From an uncultured Chloroflexia bacterium (GTDB lineage Bacteria; Chloroflexota; Limnocylindria; Limnocylindrales; CSP1-4): 64,000 nucleotides of DNA. Location of the stretch: assembly GCA_963729175.1 (NCBI GenBank), contig CAVSMY010000015.1, forward strand, positions 5,841 to 69,840. The letters run 5' to 3'. The position numbers and the translations under genes are program-made. The notes under the pieces were generated by a model. That model did no database searches, was not told the origin of the DNA, and saw only the letters and a list, made by a program, of their open reading frames with translations. Below, piece after piece: positions 31,733-41,586 of this stretch; position 1 is the stretch's first letter; each line of letters opens with the position of its first letter.

Positions 31733-33082
31733 CTAGCGCACGGAGACGGATCCCACCCCACCCCGGAGGTCGAACTCGACGCGGTGTCGGGCGGTCGCCC
31801 AGTCGGGCGAGATCCAGCCACCGGAGGGATCGCGCGGGAACCGCGCCATGTCGACATCGGTCGAGCCGAGCCCCATCTTCGAGGAGATCCGGGCCGCGAC
31901 GCCGGGCGGGACGATGAACCGGAGCGAGGCGACGCCGGCCTCGGCATCGACGCGGGTGTAGTCGGTCGTGGCCGGGACGGTGATCGTCGTGTCCGAGGCG
32001 CCGGACTTGACGCGCAGGTCGGTGACCCGGAGCGCTGACAGATCGGCCACGGTCTTCGAGGCGCCGCCCTCGAGCGCGAGACGGAGCGGGACCGCGTCCG
32101 TCAGCCCGATCCGCCATTCGAACGGCGCGCGGTCCCACGGCGCGCTCCACATCCGATCCGCCGGCGTCGCCAGCCGGATCCGACCGGGGCCGCGGCCCTC
32201 GAGCCGGGCGCCGCCCCGGAACGTGCCGTCGACGAGGTGGCCGGGCCCGGCCGGCCCGGTGATCGTCAGGACCCCGGCGCCGAACGAGATCGTGACGTCG
32301 GCCATCGTGGCGTCGCCCAGATCGATCGATCGATCCTCGTCGTCCCCCGACAGCGTCGAGGCCTGGGCGGCCTGGGTGGCCGGTCCGCCAGCGGCCTCGG
32401 CGGCCGCGCCGGTCGCCCTGGCGGCGGCTCCCTCGGCGGCCTCGCCAGCCGCCGCCGCGGCGGCGGCTGCCCCGGGCACCGGGCCGCGCGCCGGGCCCGC
32501 CGGTGTCCAGCCGGCGCCTCCGCTCGCCTCCCAGCTATCGGCCCGCCAGAACCGCGGCGCGACGAACGCCCCGACGAGCAGCAGCAGTCCGAGGATGACG
32601 ATCAGCGCCGGGACCACGACCGAGACGACCTGCTGATCGGCGTTGCCGAGGCCGAGGAAGCCCTCGAAGAACACGAACCCGACGAGGAAGAGAGCGATGC
32701 CGGCCGTCAGTGCGCCGAGGCCCGACCGGATGAACCGGCCCTGGCCGGTCAGGAGCCCGTAGAGGGACATCCCGAGGCCCACGCCGCCTGGCGCGACGAG
32801 GGCCCAGGCGTAGGCCCAGCTCCCGGAGGAGTCCGTAGCCTGCTGGACGCCGAGGACGACCCCGACCGTCGTGACGATCCCGCCGGCGATCGCGAATCCG
32901 ACGCCGCCTTCGTGGCCGACGAGCAGGCCGGCGACGAAGAGGCCGATGCCGACCGCGATCGGCCAGACGGGCCAGTCGATGTGGAACGTCAGCTGCTGCC
33001 CGGCGAAGAGCAGCAGACCGATGACGATCAGGACGATCCCGATGCCGGCGCCCCGGCGGGTGTCCGACTGCATGGCCTGCAT
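31733..33082 (-). CDS. Membrane protein with N-terminal multi-TM region, Ala-rich linker and C-terminal toast-rack (LiaF/DUF2154-like) beta domain
   Basis: Start taken at MQAMQSD (33082); the ORF opens at 33202. There are 5-6 TM helices. The C-terminus has repeated strand pairs (DVTISFGAGVLTITG, LRLALEGGASKTVADL, DLRVKSGASDTTITVP, VEFDLRGGVGSVSVR). Confidence 0.55.
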   Translation of the reverse strand: MQAMQSDTRRGAGIGIVLIVIGLLLFAGQQLTFHIDWPVWPIAVGIGLFVAGLLVGHEGGVGFAIAGGIVTTVGVVLGVQQATDSSGSWAYAWALVAPGGVGLGMSLYGLLTGQGRFIRSGLGALTAGIALFLVGFVFFEGFLGLGNADQQVVSVVVPALIVILGLLLLVGAFVAPRFWRADSWEASGGAGWTPAGPARGPVPGAAAAAAAAGEAAEGAAARATGAAAEAAGGPATQAAQASTLSGDDEDRSIDLGDATMADVTISFGAGVLTITGPAGPGHLVDGTFRGGARLEGRGPGRIRLATPADRMWSAPWDRAPFEWRIGLTDAVPLRLALEGGASKTVADLSALRVTDLRVKSGASDTTITVPATTDYTRVDAEAGVASLRFIVPPGVAARISSKMGLGSTDVDMARFPRDPSGGWISPDWATARHRVEFDLRGGVGSVSVR

Positions 33083-33235
33083 GATGCGCCTCCGGATCGT
33101 GGCGAGAGCACGGAGCGAGGCGAGCCGAGGGACAGACCTCGCCACGTTCGATCGTCGTCCGGGAGGGCACCGCCCGGGATGTGCCACCCGGCCCGCGATC
33201 ACGGGTCGCGCGTCACCATCGCGCCGGGGAGCCGA

Positions 33236-33638
33236 TCAGGCGACGCAGAACTCGTTGCCCTCGGGGTCGGCCAGGACCGACCAGCAGAAGTCGCCGAGAC
33301 AGCGTTCCGCGGCGATGACCGTGGCCCCGAGCCCGACGAGGCGTTCGAGCTCCGCCGCCCGATCCTCCGACCCCAGGTCGAGGTGGACGCGGTTCTTCAC
33401 GACCTTCGCCTCGGGGACCTTCTGGAACAGGATCGGCAGGGGATGCGGGCCATCCCCGATCCGCTGTTCCGGTGGCGGCACGATGGCGACGAACTGCTCG
33501 TCGACGTCGCGGCGCTCCCAGCCGCCGAGCGCCTCGGTCCAGAAGCCCGACGACCACGTCGTGGTCGGCGCAGTCGATGACGACCTCGCGCTGGCGCAGC
33601 GGCAACGACGCCTCCTCTCGGGACTGTCGACTGACCAT
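33236..33638 (-). CDS. VOC/glyoxalase-family protein; one apparent frameshift (about 33547)
   Basis: MVSRQSREEASLPLRQREVVIDCADHDVVVG continues after a 1-nt shift as FWTEALGGWE...NRVHLDLGSEDRAAELERLVGLGATV...WSVLADPEGNEFCV, a typical VOC pattern. Confidence 0.65.
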
Positions 33639-33687
33639 ACGGCTCCGACCCCTGCCACGTTCGACCGTAACGCTCCCGAGACGGCAG

Positions 33688-34948
33688 ATGTCGACGATGT
33701 CGCGCATGACGATGAGCGGCCGATCGCTGGATCGCGCACTGATCTGGCTCGGCGTCGCCCTGTGTAGCGCTTCGTTCGCGGTGATCGCCCTCGCCGTGTG
33801 GCTGCGGGTCACGTCGAGCGCGCCACCATTGGAGAACCGGTTCGGGATCAGCGATGCATCGCTTGTCGGCCCGATCGTCCTCGTCGTGGCGTGCGCCGCG
33901 GTCGCCCTCGTCATCCTCGTGCGTCGACCACGGACCGTCGTCGCCTGGCTGCTGTCCGGGATCGGCCTGTCCTACGGCGTAACGGTCCTGTGTATCGCGG
34001 CCGTCTTCGACGCCGCCGTCCATCCCGGGCCGGTCGGGCTCGCCGAGGTGGGCTGGCTCGCACAGGTCGGGGCCCAGGTCGCTGGCGTCCTGACATTCGT
34101 CTTCATCTTCGCCTTCCCGGATCCCGCGAGGATCCCGCGAGGCGGCCTCCTGCTCGTCGCGGCAGCCGTCGTGGCCGGGGTGAACAGCGCCTGGATCAGC
34201 CTCCACCCGGGGCCGTTGTTCCTGTGGCCGACCATCGTCAACCCCATCGGCGTCGCTCCCGTGCTCCTCGGCGGCGGAAGTGCCGACGTCGTCGTCGTTC
34301 CCGCTCCTGGTCGGCTCGGGCTGGCTCCTGACGATCCCGTGGCTCGCATGGCGCTACCGCTGGAGCGACCCGGTCGAGCGGCTCCAGCTCAAGTGGTTCG
34401 CGTCCGCCGGTATCGTCTCGGTGGTCGCGTTGATCATCCTGCTGGCCGTCGGCCTGAGCGGGTGGAACGATCCTGGCCTGTGGTGGCCGATCGCGCTGTA
34501 CGCCCTGGCGATGACGCTCGTGCCGGTCGCCGTAGGGGTCGCGATCCTGCGATACGACCTGTACGCCATCGACCGGATCATCAATCGGGCGATCGTCTAC
34601 TCGGCGCTGACCGCCCTCCTGGCGGTCGCATTCGCGGTGACGATCACCGCCCTCGGAACGATCGCCAGGATCACCCTCATCGGGAGTGGTGAGGGCGATG
34701 CCGTCATCGTGGCGCTCTCGACTCTGACCATCGCGGCGCTCTTCAACCCCCTCCGCAGGCTGATCCAGACGGCCGTCGACCGGCGGTTCGACCGGGCGCG
34801 CTACGACACGACCCGGACCATCGACGCGTTCGCCGAGCGGCTTCGCGGCACCCTCGACCTGGAACAGCTCGAGACCGAGATGCTCGAGGTCGTCCGGGGT
34901 GCCCTCCGACCATCGATCGCGGGCGTCTGGCTCGGGAGAGGCCGGTGA
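33688..34948 (+). CDS. Family-A polytopic membrane protein, paralog A9 (RYDLYAIDR subtype); one apparent frameshift (about 34300)
   Basis: Motifs: VRRPRTVVAWLLSGIG, VNPIGV; after the shift WRYRWSDPVERLQLKW, ILRYDLYAIDRIINRAIVYSALT, AVDRRFDRARYDTT. Several in-frame ATGs at 33688-33712. Confidence 0.8.
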
Positions 34949-36210
34949 CCGGGCGAGGGCCGACCGACCGGGCGCTCAGATGGCTCGGCGTCCTGGTCTG
35001 GGTGGGGACGGTGGCCCTGACGGTCGTCGCATTCGGCCTTCGGCTGATGTCACACGCTCCCCCCTATGAGAACCGCTTCGGGATGACGGATGCGTCGCTG
35101 GGCGGCTTCGGGATCCTCGAGGTCACCTGCGTGAGCGTGGCTCTCGTCATCATCAGTCGGTTGCCGCGCAACCTCGTGGCCTGGTTGCTGTTCGGCATCG
35201 GCTTGTCGTATGCCATCTCGATCGTCTGCGCCGCGATCGTCTTCGACGCCGCGGCTGACGGGACGCTGGCGGATCGCGCGATCGTCGCCTGGCTGGCTCA
35301 GGCGGGCGCCCAGGTGGCGGGCGTCCTGACATTCGTCTTCATCTTCGTCTATCCGGAGATCCACCTCGACGAACGGAAGCGGCTGACGGTCGGGGTCGTC
35401 GTCTTCGGCGGCACGGTGATCGGGGTCGGGTCGATCGCCCTCCACCCGGGTTCGCTGTTCTTCTGGCCATCGATCCCGAATCCGTTCGGCATCGGCCCGC
35501 GGTTCCTGCTCGGTCCCGACGAAAGCCTGGTCGCCGTGCCGGTGATCCTGCTGGCCTTCGGACTGGCTGCCGTGGCCTGGATCGGCTGGCGCTATCGCCG
35601 GAGCCAGGGGGTCGAGCGTCTGCAGCTCAAGTGGTTCGTCTCGGCCGCGGTCGTGTCGCTGGCGGCGCTGGTCGTCCTGATCACCCTCGGCGGTGCCGGG
35701 CGCGGCACGGGGACGGAGTGGTGGCCACTCCTCGTCTACGCCCTCTCGGTGACGCTCGTCCCGATCGCGGTCGGCGTCGCGATCCTTCGCTACGACCTCT
35801 ACGCGATCGACCGGATCATCAACCGGGCCATCGTCTACGCCGCCGTCACGGCATTGCTCGCCCTCGTCTTCGCCGCGATCGTGGTCGTCGTCGGGGCTGC
35901 GCTCGCGGGGGTCACGAACGAATACGAGACGGTCGCCGTCGCGATCTCGACGCTCGCCGTCGCGGCGCTCTTCAGCCCCATCCGCGGCCGCATCCAGCGG
36001 GCAGTCGATCGGCGGTTCTACCGAGCCAAGTACGACTCGACCCGGACGGTCGACGCGTTCGGCGAGCGGCTCCGCCGGACCCTCGACCTCGAAGAGCTCG
36101 AAGGCGAGATGCTCGATGTCGTCGAGCGGGCGCTACGACCCCGGGCTGCCGGCGTCTGGCTCGCCGGCGCGGAGCCGGCCGAAGGTCAGCGCCAGGCCGT
36201 CCGGGCCTGA
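34945..36210 (+). CDS. Family-A polytopic membrane protein, paralog A10 (RYDLYAIDR subtype)
   Basis: 421 aa, GTGA overlap with A9. Motifs: SRLPRNLVAWLLFGIG, PNPFGI, ERLQLKW, ILRYDLYAIDRIINRAIVYAAVT, AVDRRFYRAKYDST. Confidence 0.9.
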   Translation: MTGRGPTDRALRWLGVLVWVGTVALTVVAFGLRLMSHAPPYENRFGMTDASLGGFGILEVTCVSVALVIISRLPRNLVAWLLFGIGLSYAISIVCAAIVFDAAADGTLADRAIVAWLAQAGAQVAGVLTFVFIFVYPEIHLDERKRLTVGVVVFGGTVIGVGSIALHPGSLFFWPSIPNPFGIGPRFLLGPDESLVAVPVILLAFGLAAVAWIGWRYRRSQGVERLQLKWFVSAAVVSLAALVVLITLGGAGRGTGTEWWPLLVYALSVTLVPIAVGVAILRYDLYAIDRIINRAIVYAAVTALLALVFAAIVVVVGAALAGVTNEYETVAVAISTLAVAALFSPIRGRIQRAVDRRFYRAKYDSTRTVDAFGERLRRTLDLEELEGEMLDVVERALRPRAAGVWLAGAEPAEGQRQAVRA

Positions 36211-36860
36211 TCCGGGTACAGCCTCACTCGTCGGTACGGCTCCCGCCCGCGCGAGCGGGAGACGAGGTTGGCCCGCTCGGCCATCTGGTGCTGGAGTCGC
36301 CGGATGTAGGCGTTCTGGGGTGACAGCTCGACCGGCTCGGACCGCTTGAGGACCATCCCGATGGCCTCTTCGGTCTCGCGCAGGGCCGCCTCGCGCGGGT
36401 CGACCTCGAGGGCGAAGATCGACGTGAGCGAGGCCTGCATCTGGAGGATGGTGTTCGACTTGAGGACGTAGATCGGCATCGCCCGCTCCTCGGCCTCCCG
36501 CAGGGCCGGGGTCTTCTGGCGGTACTCCGAGCGGAGCGTCATGACGACGTCCGCCTCGTCGATGTCGCGGCCGATGATGACCGGCAGCTGGAGTTCGCGG
36601 ATCGCCTGCTCGAGCCGCTTGCGGCTGATGCCGTGCGGAAAGACCCGGAGCGTCGGCAGGGTGCCGGCGTCCTCGACGATCAGCGCCGGGCCGTCATCCT
36701 CCGCTGCCGCTGCGACCGCCCGGTCCGCGAGTGCCTCGTCGTCGGAGGCATCGTCCGCGGCGACGACGTCGAGCGTTGACGGGTCCGGTGCCCTCGTCGG
36801 CATGGAGCGCCGTGATCGCCTTCGACGCCTGCTCCCGCCAGGCGCAGCTGGCGCTCCCAT
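36186..36860 (-). CDS. R3H-domain nucleic-acid-binding protein (C-terminal module of Ycf45-like ATPases); possibly one gene with the upstream ATPase
   Basis: 224 aa. The C-terminus SPQNAYIRRLQHQMAERANLVSRSRGREPYRRVRLYP is an R3H motif. Same reading frame as the upstream ORF, separated only by a TGA at 36870-36872. Confidence 0.7.
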   Translation of the reverse strand: MGAPAAPGGSRRRRRSRRSMPTRAPDPSTLDVVAADDASDDEALADRAVAAAAEDDGPALIVEDAGTLPTLRVFPHGISRKRLEQAIRELQLPVIIGRDIDEADVVMTLRSEYRQKTPALREAEERAMPIYVLKSNTILQMQASLTSIFALEVDPREAALRETEEAIGMVLKRSEPVELSPQNAYIRRLQHQMAERANLVSRSRGREPYRRVRLYPDQARTAWR

Positions 36861-36869
36861 TCGCGCATG

Positions 36870-38232
36870 TCACGGGCCCGGACCTCGAGCGCGGCGGTCT
36901 GGTCGGCTCGCTCCAGGGGACCCCGATCGGCGATCCCACCGGCGACGAACGGCGCCTCGCCCTCGGTCCGGACGGCCGCTTCGGCTGCTCCTCGGGCAGC
37001 GTCGCGAGAGGAGCCACCGCGCGTCGGCCGCCACGATCCGGACGCACCGGGTCGATAGCCCTGGCGCAGACCGGATCCGGTCGCGCCATCGCCGAAGTGG
37101 CGACGTCCGATAGCCCTGGCCGCGCCAGCCCGGCTCCGTCCGCCACGACGGCCCCGCCCCGACGAGCCCGGCGAAGCGCTCGGGACCGAGCTGCTCACGC
37201 GGCGACGGTCGCGGTCGCGACTGGGACCGATGGACGCCCTCCTCGTCGCGCCAGCGCTGCTCCGGCGCGACCGGGTCGCCGCGAAGCATCTGGTCGACGG
37301 TCTCGGCGACGTCGGTGTGGACGATGACGCGGTCGCGGTCGGCGATCTCGACGACGACATCGAATGTCGGGGGAGCCTTGCGCTCGAGGACGCTCTTCTG
37401 GGTTCGGCGGCGGCGGGCCTCCTCGTCGCCGAGGGTCACGCTCTGGATGCCGCCGATCAGGTCCGAAAGGGTCGGGTTGAGCATCAGATTGTCGAGGTTG
37501 TTGCCGTGGGCCGTCCCGATGAGCTGGACGCCTCGCTCGGCGATCGTCCGGGCCGCCACCGCTTCGAGCTCGGTCCCGATCTCGTCGATGACGATGACCT
37601 GGGGCATGTGGTTCTCGACCGCCTCGATCATCACCTCGTGCTGCAACGACGGTGTCCGGACCTGCATCCGGCGAGCCTTGCCGATCGCGGGATGGGGGAT
37701 GTCGCCATCGCCGGCGATCTCGTTGCTCGTGTCGACGACGACGACCCGCTTGCGGAAGTCGTCGGCCAGGACGCGGGCGGCCTCACGCAGCATCGTCGTC
37801 TTGCCGATGCCCGGGCGACCCATGATGAGGATCGACTTGCCCGGACTCGACGAGGTCCTCGACGATCTCGATCGTCCCGAAGACCGCCCGCCCGATCCGG
37901 AGCGTCAGCCCGACGATCTTGCCGGTCCGGTTCCGGATCGCGCTGATCCGGTGGAGGGTCCGCTCGATCCCGGCCCGGTTGTCGTCGCCGAACAAGCCGA
38001 TGTGGTCGACGACGTGGGCGATGTCGGCCTCGGTCACCTCGCGCTCGAGGAGCATGACCTCGCGATCGGGGAACCGACCTTCCGGCGGGCGGCCGAGGTC
38101 GAGGACGACCTCGATCAGACCCTCGCGCTCCGGCAGCTCGTTGACCGCGGCCACGATCTCCGGCGGCAAGGCCGCCAGCAGGGCATCGAGATCGTCGATC
38201 GATTCGCGGCGGCGAGCCTCAGGTCCCACCAT
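36870..38232 (-). CDS. SpoIIIAA/Ycf45-like AAA ATPase; one apparent frameshift (about 37845)
   Basis: N-terminal [33 protein letters not shown]...[26 protein letters not shown]. After a 1-nt shift, Walker [19 protein letters not shown] and Walker [10 protein letters not shown]. The tail is Arg/Gly-rich. Confidence 0.75.
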
Positions 38233-38249
38233 CGACCTCCACGCTGCGG

Positions 38250-39300
38250 CTAGCTGACGCCGGCCGGCACGAGGGCCGGCTCGGCGACACGGACGAGGGT
38301 CTCCTTGAGGAGCAGGGTGACCGTCGCGATCGATTCGAAGCCGGCCTCCTCGAGGCGGCCGTCGATGGGCGACTCGTAGGTCCGGACAGGTGACAGCACG
38401 CCGTGCTCGTGACGATGTCCAGAGCCGCGCTCGATCCGCTCGCGGATGATCCCGAGACCGAACTCGACGAGCGGTCCGACATCCCGCTCCGGTCGCGCCA
38501 GGATCTTCAGGTAGTGCGGCTGGTCCTCCTTAGCGACGCCGACCTGGACGAACGCGTCGAGCAGCGTGCCGTCCGCCCCGCCGCCCGGCGTCTGCTGGAC
38601 GTAGGCCTCGACATCGGCGAACCGGAGGATCGGCGCCAGCGAGCTCCTGGGGACGCGCCACGAGATGCCCTGGCGCTCCCAGTCGGAGATCCGGAGGAGC
38701 TCCAGACGTTGGACCGGCTGGGGCGTCACGGCGGCATACAGGCGGTGGAGCGCGACGGCGTCGACCGGCTCGGCATCGCGGATCCCGCATTCCTTCGCTC
38801 GGTCGGTCGTCCAGGGCTCGGGCAGCTCCTCGGTCGCCGGGCGGAGCATGACCCGCTCGTCGCCGTAGCGCGCGAAGCCGGCCTGCATGAACAGGTCGAC
38901 GTTGCCGTCCTCGTCGGCACAGGCGACGTGGATCCGGCCCATCCCCGCCCGGCCGGCGTCGCGGAGCAGCTGATGGACGAGCCGGAAGCGGATATCGCCG
39001 GCTTCGCCGGCCCCGATCGCGTCGAGCTCGACGATCGTCCACTCGTCGCGATGGCTGTCGCGCTCTGCCCGAAGCAGCCCGGCGACGCGGCCGTCCTCCT
39101 CGTAGACGTACAGCAGATCGTGCGGTCGGAACGCCCCGAGAGGCAGCCGGAACAGGCTGAACATGCCGATCCGGGTCGAGCTGACGGGCAGGCCCAGCGA
39201 GCGCGTCCCGTTGCCTTCGATCTGACACAGCCGAGACAGCTCGCCGAGCGCCGGCGAGGTCCGTCAACCGGGCGACCCGGACCTTGACCCGGCCGCTCAC
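38250..39300 (-). CDS. GNAT-family N-acetyltransferase (two-domain); one apparent frameshift (about 39250)
   Basis: GTG at 39300 overlaps the pdxT stop (GTGA). VSGRVKVRVARLTDLA, then after the shift LGELSRLCQIEGNG...MFSLFRL...GRVAGLL...IRFRLVHQLLRDAGRAGMGRIHVACADEDGNVDLFMQAGFARYG. Confidence 0.7.
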
Positions 39301-39935
39301 GACGCCTGCCTCGCCCGTCGGGTCGGGTGGTGGCGACGCCCGGACCCCTCGCCCGGGTCGGCGTGCTCCGAGGCCATCGTCGCCACGAGGCGGTGGAAGC
39401 GGGTCTCGCCGGCCAGCTCGGGATGGAACGCCGTGGCGACGATGTTCCGCTCCCGGACGGCGACGATCCGACCGTCGTCAAGACGGGCCAGAACGTCGAC
39501 CTCGGGCCCGACGCGGTCGATGACGGGTGCCCGGATGAAGACGGCGTGGACCGGCCGGTCGCCCAGGATCGGCACGGCCAGCTCGGCCTCGAACGAGTCG
39601 AGCTGGCGACCGAAGGCATTCCGTCGGACCGTGATATCGAGCAGCGGCAGGATCGGCGTCTCCTCGCCCTCGATCTCGTCAGCCAGGACGATCATCCCGG
39701 CACAGGTCCCGAACAGCGGCGCGCCGCTGGCAGCCAGATCGAGGATCGGCTGACGCAGACCCCAGCGGTCGATGAGCCGACGCATCGTGGTGCTCTCACC
39801 GCCCGGCAGGATCAGGCCGTCGACGCCGTCGAGGTCCCCGGGCAGGCGCACATCGACGCCCTCGACGCCGATCGCGTCAAGGGTCGCCAGGTGCTCCGCG
39901 AACGCCCCTTGCAACGCAAGGACGCCGATCCGCAC
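39297..39935 (-). CDS. pdxT: Pyridoxal 5'-phosphate synthase glutaminase subunit
   Basis: GTG start giving VRIGVLALQGAFAEH...LILPGGESTT...LFGTCAGMIVLA...FIRAP...ATAFHPEL, a full-length match to PdxT motifs. Confidence 0.9.
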   Translation of the reverse strand: MRIGVLALQGAFAEHLATLDAIGVEGVDVRLPGDLDGVDGLILPGGESTTMRRLIDRWGLRQPILDLAASGAPLFGTCAGMIVLADEIEGEETPILPLLDITVRRNAFGRQLDSFEAELAVPILGDRPVHAVFIRAPVIDRVGPEVDVLARLDDGRIVAVRERNIVATAFHPELAGETRFHRLVATMASEHADPGEGSGRRHHPTRRARQAS

Positions 39936-39949
39936 GGCGGGAGGCCCCG

Positions 39950-40837
39950 CTACCAGCCGCGGACCGCCAGCCGCTCCGCCTCCGGGATCGCTTCGAGCGC
40001 GATGCCGCGCATCGGGGCGCCGAGGCCCTTGCTGACCTCGGCCAGGATCTTCGGGTCGTCGAAGTGGGTCGTGGCCTGGACGATCGCGTTGGCCATCCGG
40101 GCCGGCTCGTCGCTCTTGAAGATGCCCGAGCCGACGAAGACGCCCTCCGCGCCGAGCTGCATGACGAGGGCCGCGTCGGCCGGGGTGCTGATGCCGCCGG
40201 CGACGAAGTTCACGACCGGCAGCTTGCCGTCCTGGGCGACCTGCTTCACCAGCTCGTAGGGGGCCTGGAGGTCCTTCGCCGCGACGAACAGCTCGTCGTC
40301 GCGGAGACCCTGGAGCCGTCGGATCTCGGCCAGCACGTCGCGCAGCTGACGGACCGCCTCGACGACGTTGCCGGTCCCGGCCTCGCCCTTCGTCCGCATC
40401 ATCGCGGCGCCTTCGTTGATCCGTCGGAGGGCCTCGCCGAGGTTCCGGCAGCCGCACACGAAGGGGACCTTGAAGGCGTGCTTGTCGATGTGGTTGGCCT
40501 CGTCGGCGGGCGTCAGGACCTCGGACTCATCGATGTAGTCGACGCCGAGCGCCTCGAGGATCTGGGCCTCGACGAAGTGGCCGATCCGGGCCTTGGCCAT
40601 CACCGGGATGGAGACGGCGTCCATGATCCCCTCGATCATCGAGGGGTCGCTCATCCGGGCCACGCCGCCCGCGGCGCGGATGTCGGCCGGGACGCGCTCG
40701 AGCGCCATGACGGCGACGGCGCCGGCTTCCTCGGCGATCGACGCCTGCTCGGGAGTGACGACGTCCATGATGACGCCGCCCTTGAGCATCTGGGCGAGGC
40801 CCTTCTTCGTCGTCCAGGTGGACGTTTCGACGGTCAT
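39950..40837 (-). CDS. pdxS: Pyridoxal 5'-phosphate synthase lyase subunit
   Basis: The ATG at 40837 gives [27 protein letters not shown]...[13 protein letters not shown]...[10 protein letters not shown]...[11 protein letters not shown]...[16 protein letters not shown], unmistakably PdxS. The longer ORF upstream of this start is Arg/Pro-rich and non-coding-like. Confidence 0.95.
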   Translation of the reverse strand: MTVETSTWTTKKGLAQMLKGGVIMDVVTPEQASIAEEAGAVAVMALERVPADIRAAGGVARMSDPSMIEGIMDAVSIPVMAKARIGHFVEAQILEALGVDYIDESEVLTPADEANHIDKHAFKVPFVCGCRNLGEALRRINEGAAMMRTKGEAGTGNVVEAVRQLRDVLAEIRRLQGLRDDELFVAAKDLQAPYELVKQVAQDGKLPVVNFVAGGISTPADAALVMQLGAEGVFVGSGIFKSDEPARMANAIVQATTHFDDPKILAEVSKGLGAPMRGIALEAIPEAERLAVRGW

Positions 40838-41054
40838 GTGTGGTGGCTTCCTCTGGTCGTCCGCGTCGGGCCGCCACCGTGCTTGCCCCGGGGTCCTCGC
40901 CCGCTCGAGCACGGGAGGGCGGCCGTGCGCTCGCCCGATTATGTCACGCCCTTCGCGCGGTCCCGTGGGAGTGACCCGCGCCGTGGTGCACGGGCGCCGG
41001 CGGTGTGGCGGTGTGGCGCGGCGGCACGGCGACCCCGAGACACTGGGTGGCCCC

Positions 41055-41170
41055 GTCCCTCGGCCGTCACTCGCCGGGCATCGGCCGTCGGCAAGCCCGC
41101 GCATCGGCCGTCGGCAGCCCTGCGCATCGGGCGTCACTCGCTGGGCGACGGCCGTCGCTCGCTGGGCGAC
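41055..41170. repeat. Degenerate tandem repeats of about 23 bp in the long pdxS-upstream non-coding region
   Basis: gcatcggccgtcggcaagcccgc / gcatcggccgtcggcagccctgc / gcatcgggcgtcactcgctgggc / gacggccgtcgctcgctgggc read consecutively from 41078. A related cactcgctgggcgac copy lies at about 41299. Confidence 0.7.
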
Positions 41171-41586
41171 TCAACGGGCGACGATCCGCTCCCGGCTGCG
41201 GCGTCCGGACGCTTTCACCCGCCGTTCGAGCCGCCCGGCGGTTCATCCGTCGAAGGACGCCGCGGATCCGAACCCGCGGTCGCCCTCGTACGTCCGTTCA
41301 CTCGCTGGGCGACTCATCGTCGCGCGAGCTGGCTCCCATCGGTCTGCCCGGCCGGTGCCCACGCGGTGGCCCGACCGTCGAAGGAACGACGCGGCGCGGA
41401 CGGCTGAAGCCGCTCGCCCGACGATCGGTCCACAAGGTGGGCGAACCATCGGACAGGAGCGGTCGCGACCGGTCAGTCGTGGCCTGTTCGACTGTTGGGC
41501 CACTCCGAGGACACACAGGCAGTCGCCGGCGATCGTCCGGCCCGGTCTCAGGCCTATCCGACCGCTGGCGTTCGTCCGGCCCGGCC

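Noticed and set aside
41055-41170. Tandem repeats considered as a possible CRISPR array.
   Set aside because: The units are contiguous and degenerate with no unique spacers. There are only about 4 units, no cas genes in the window, and the repeats are not palindromic in the CRISPR manner.
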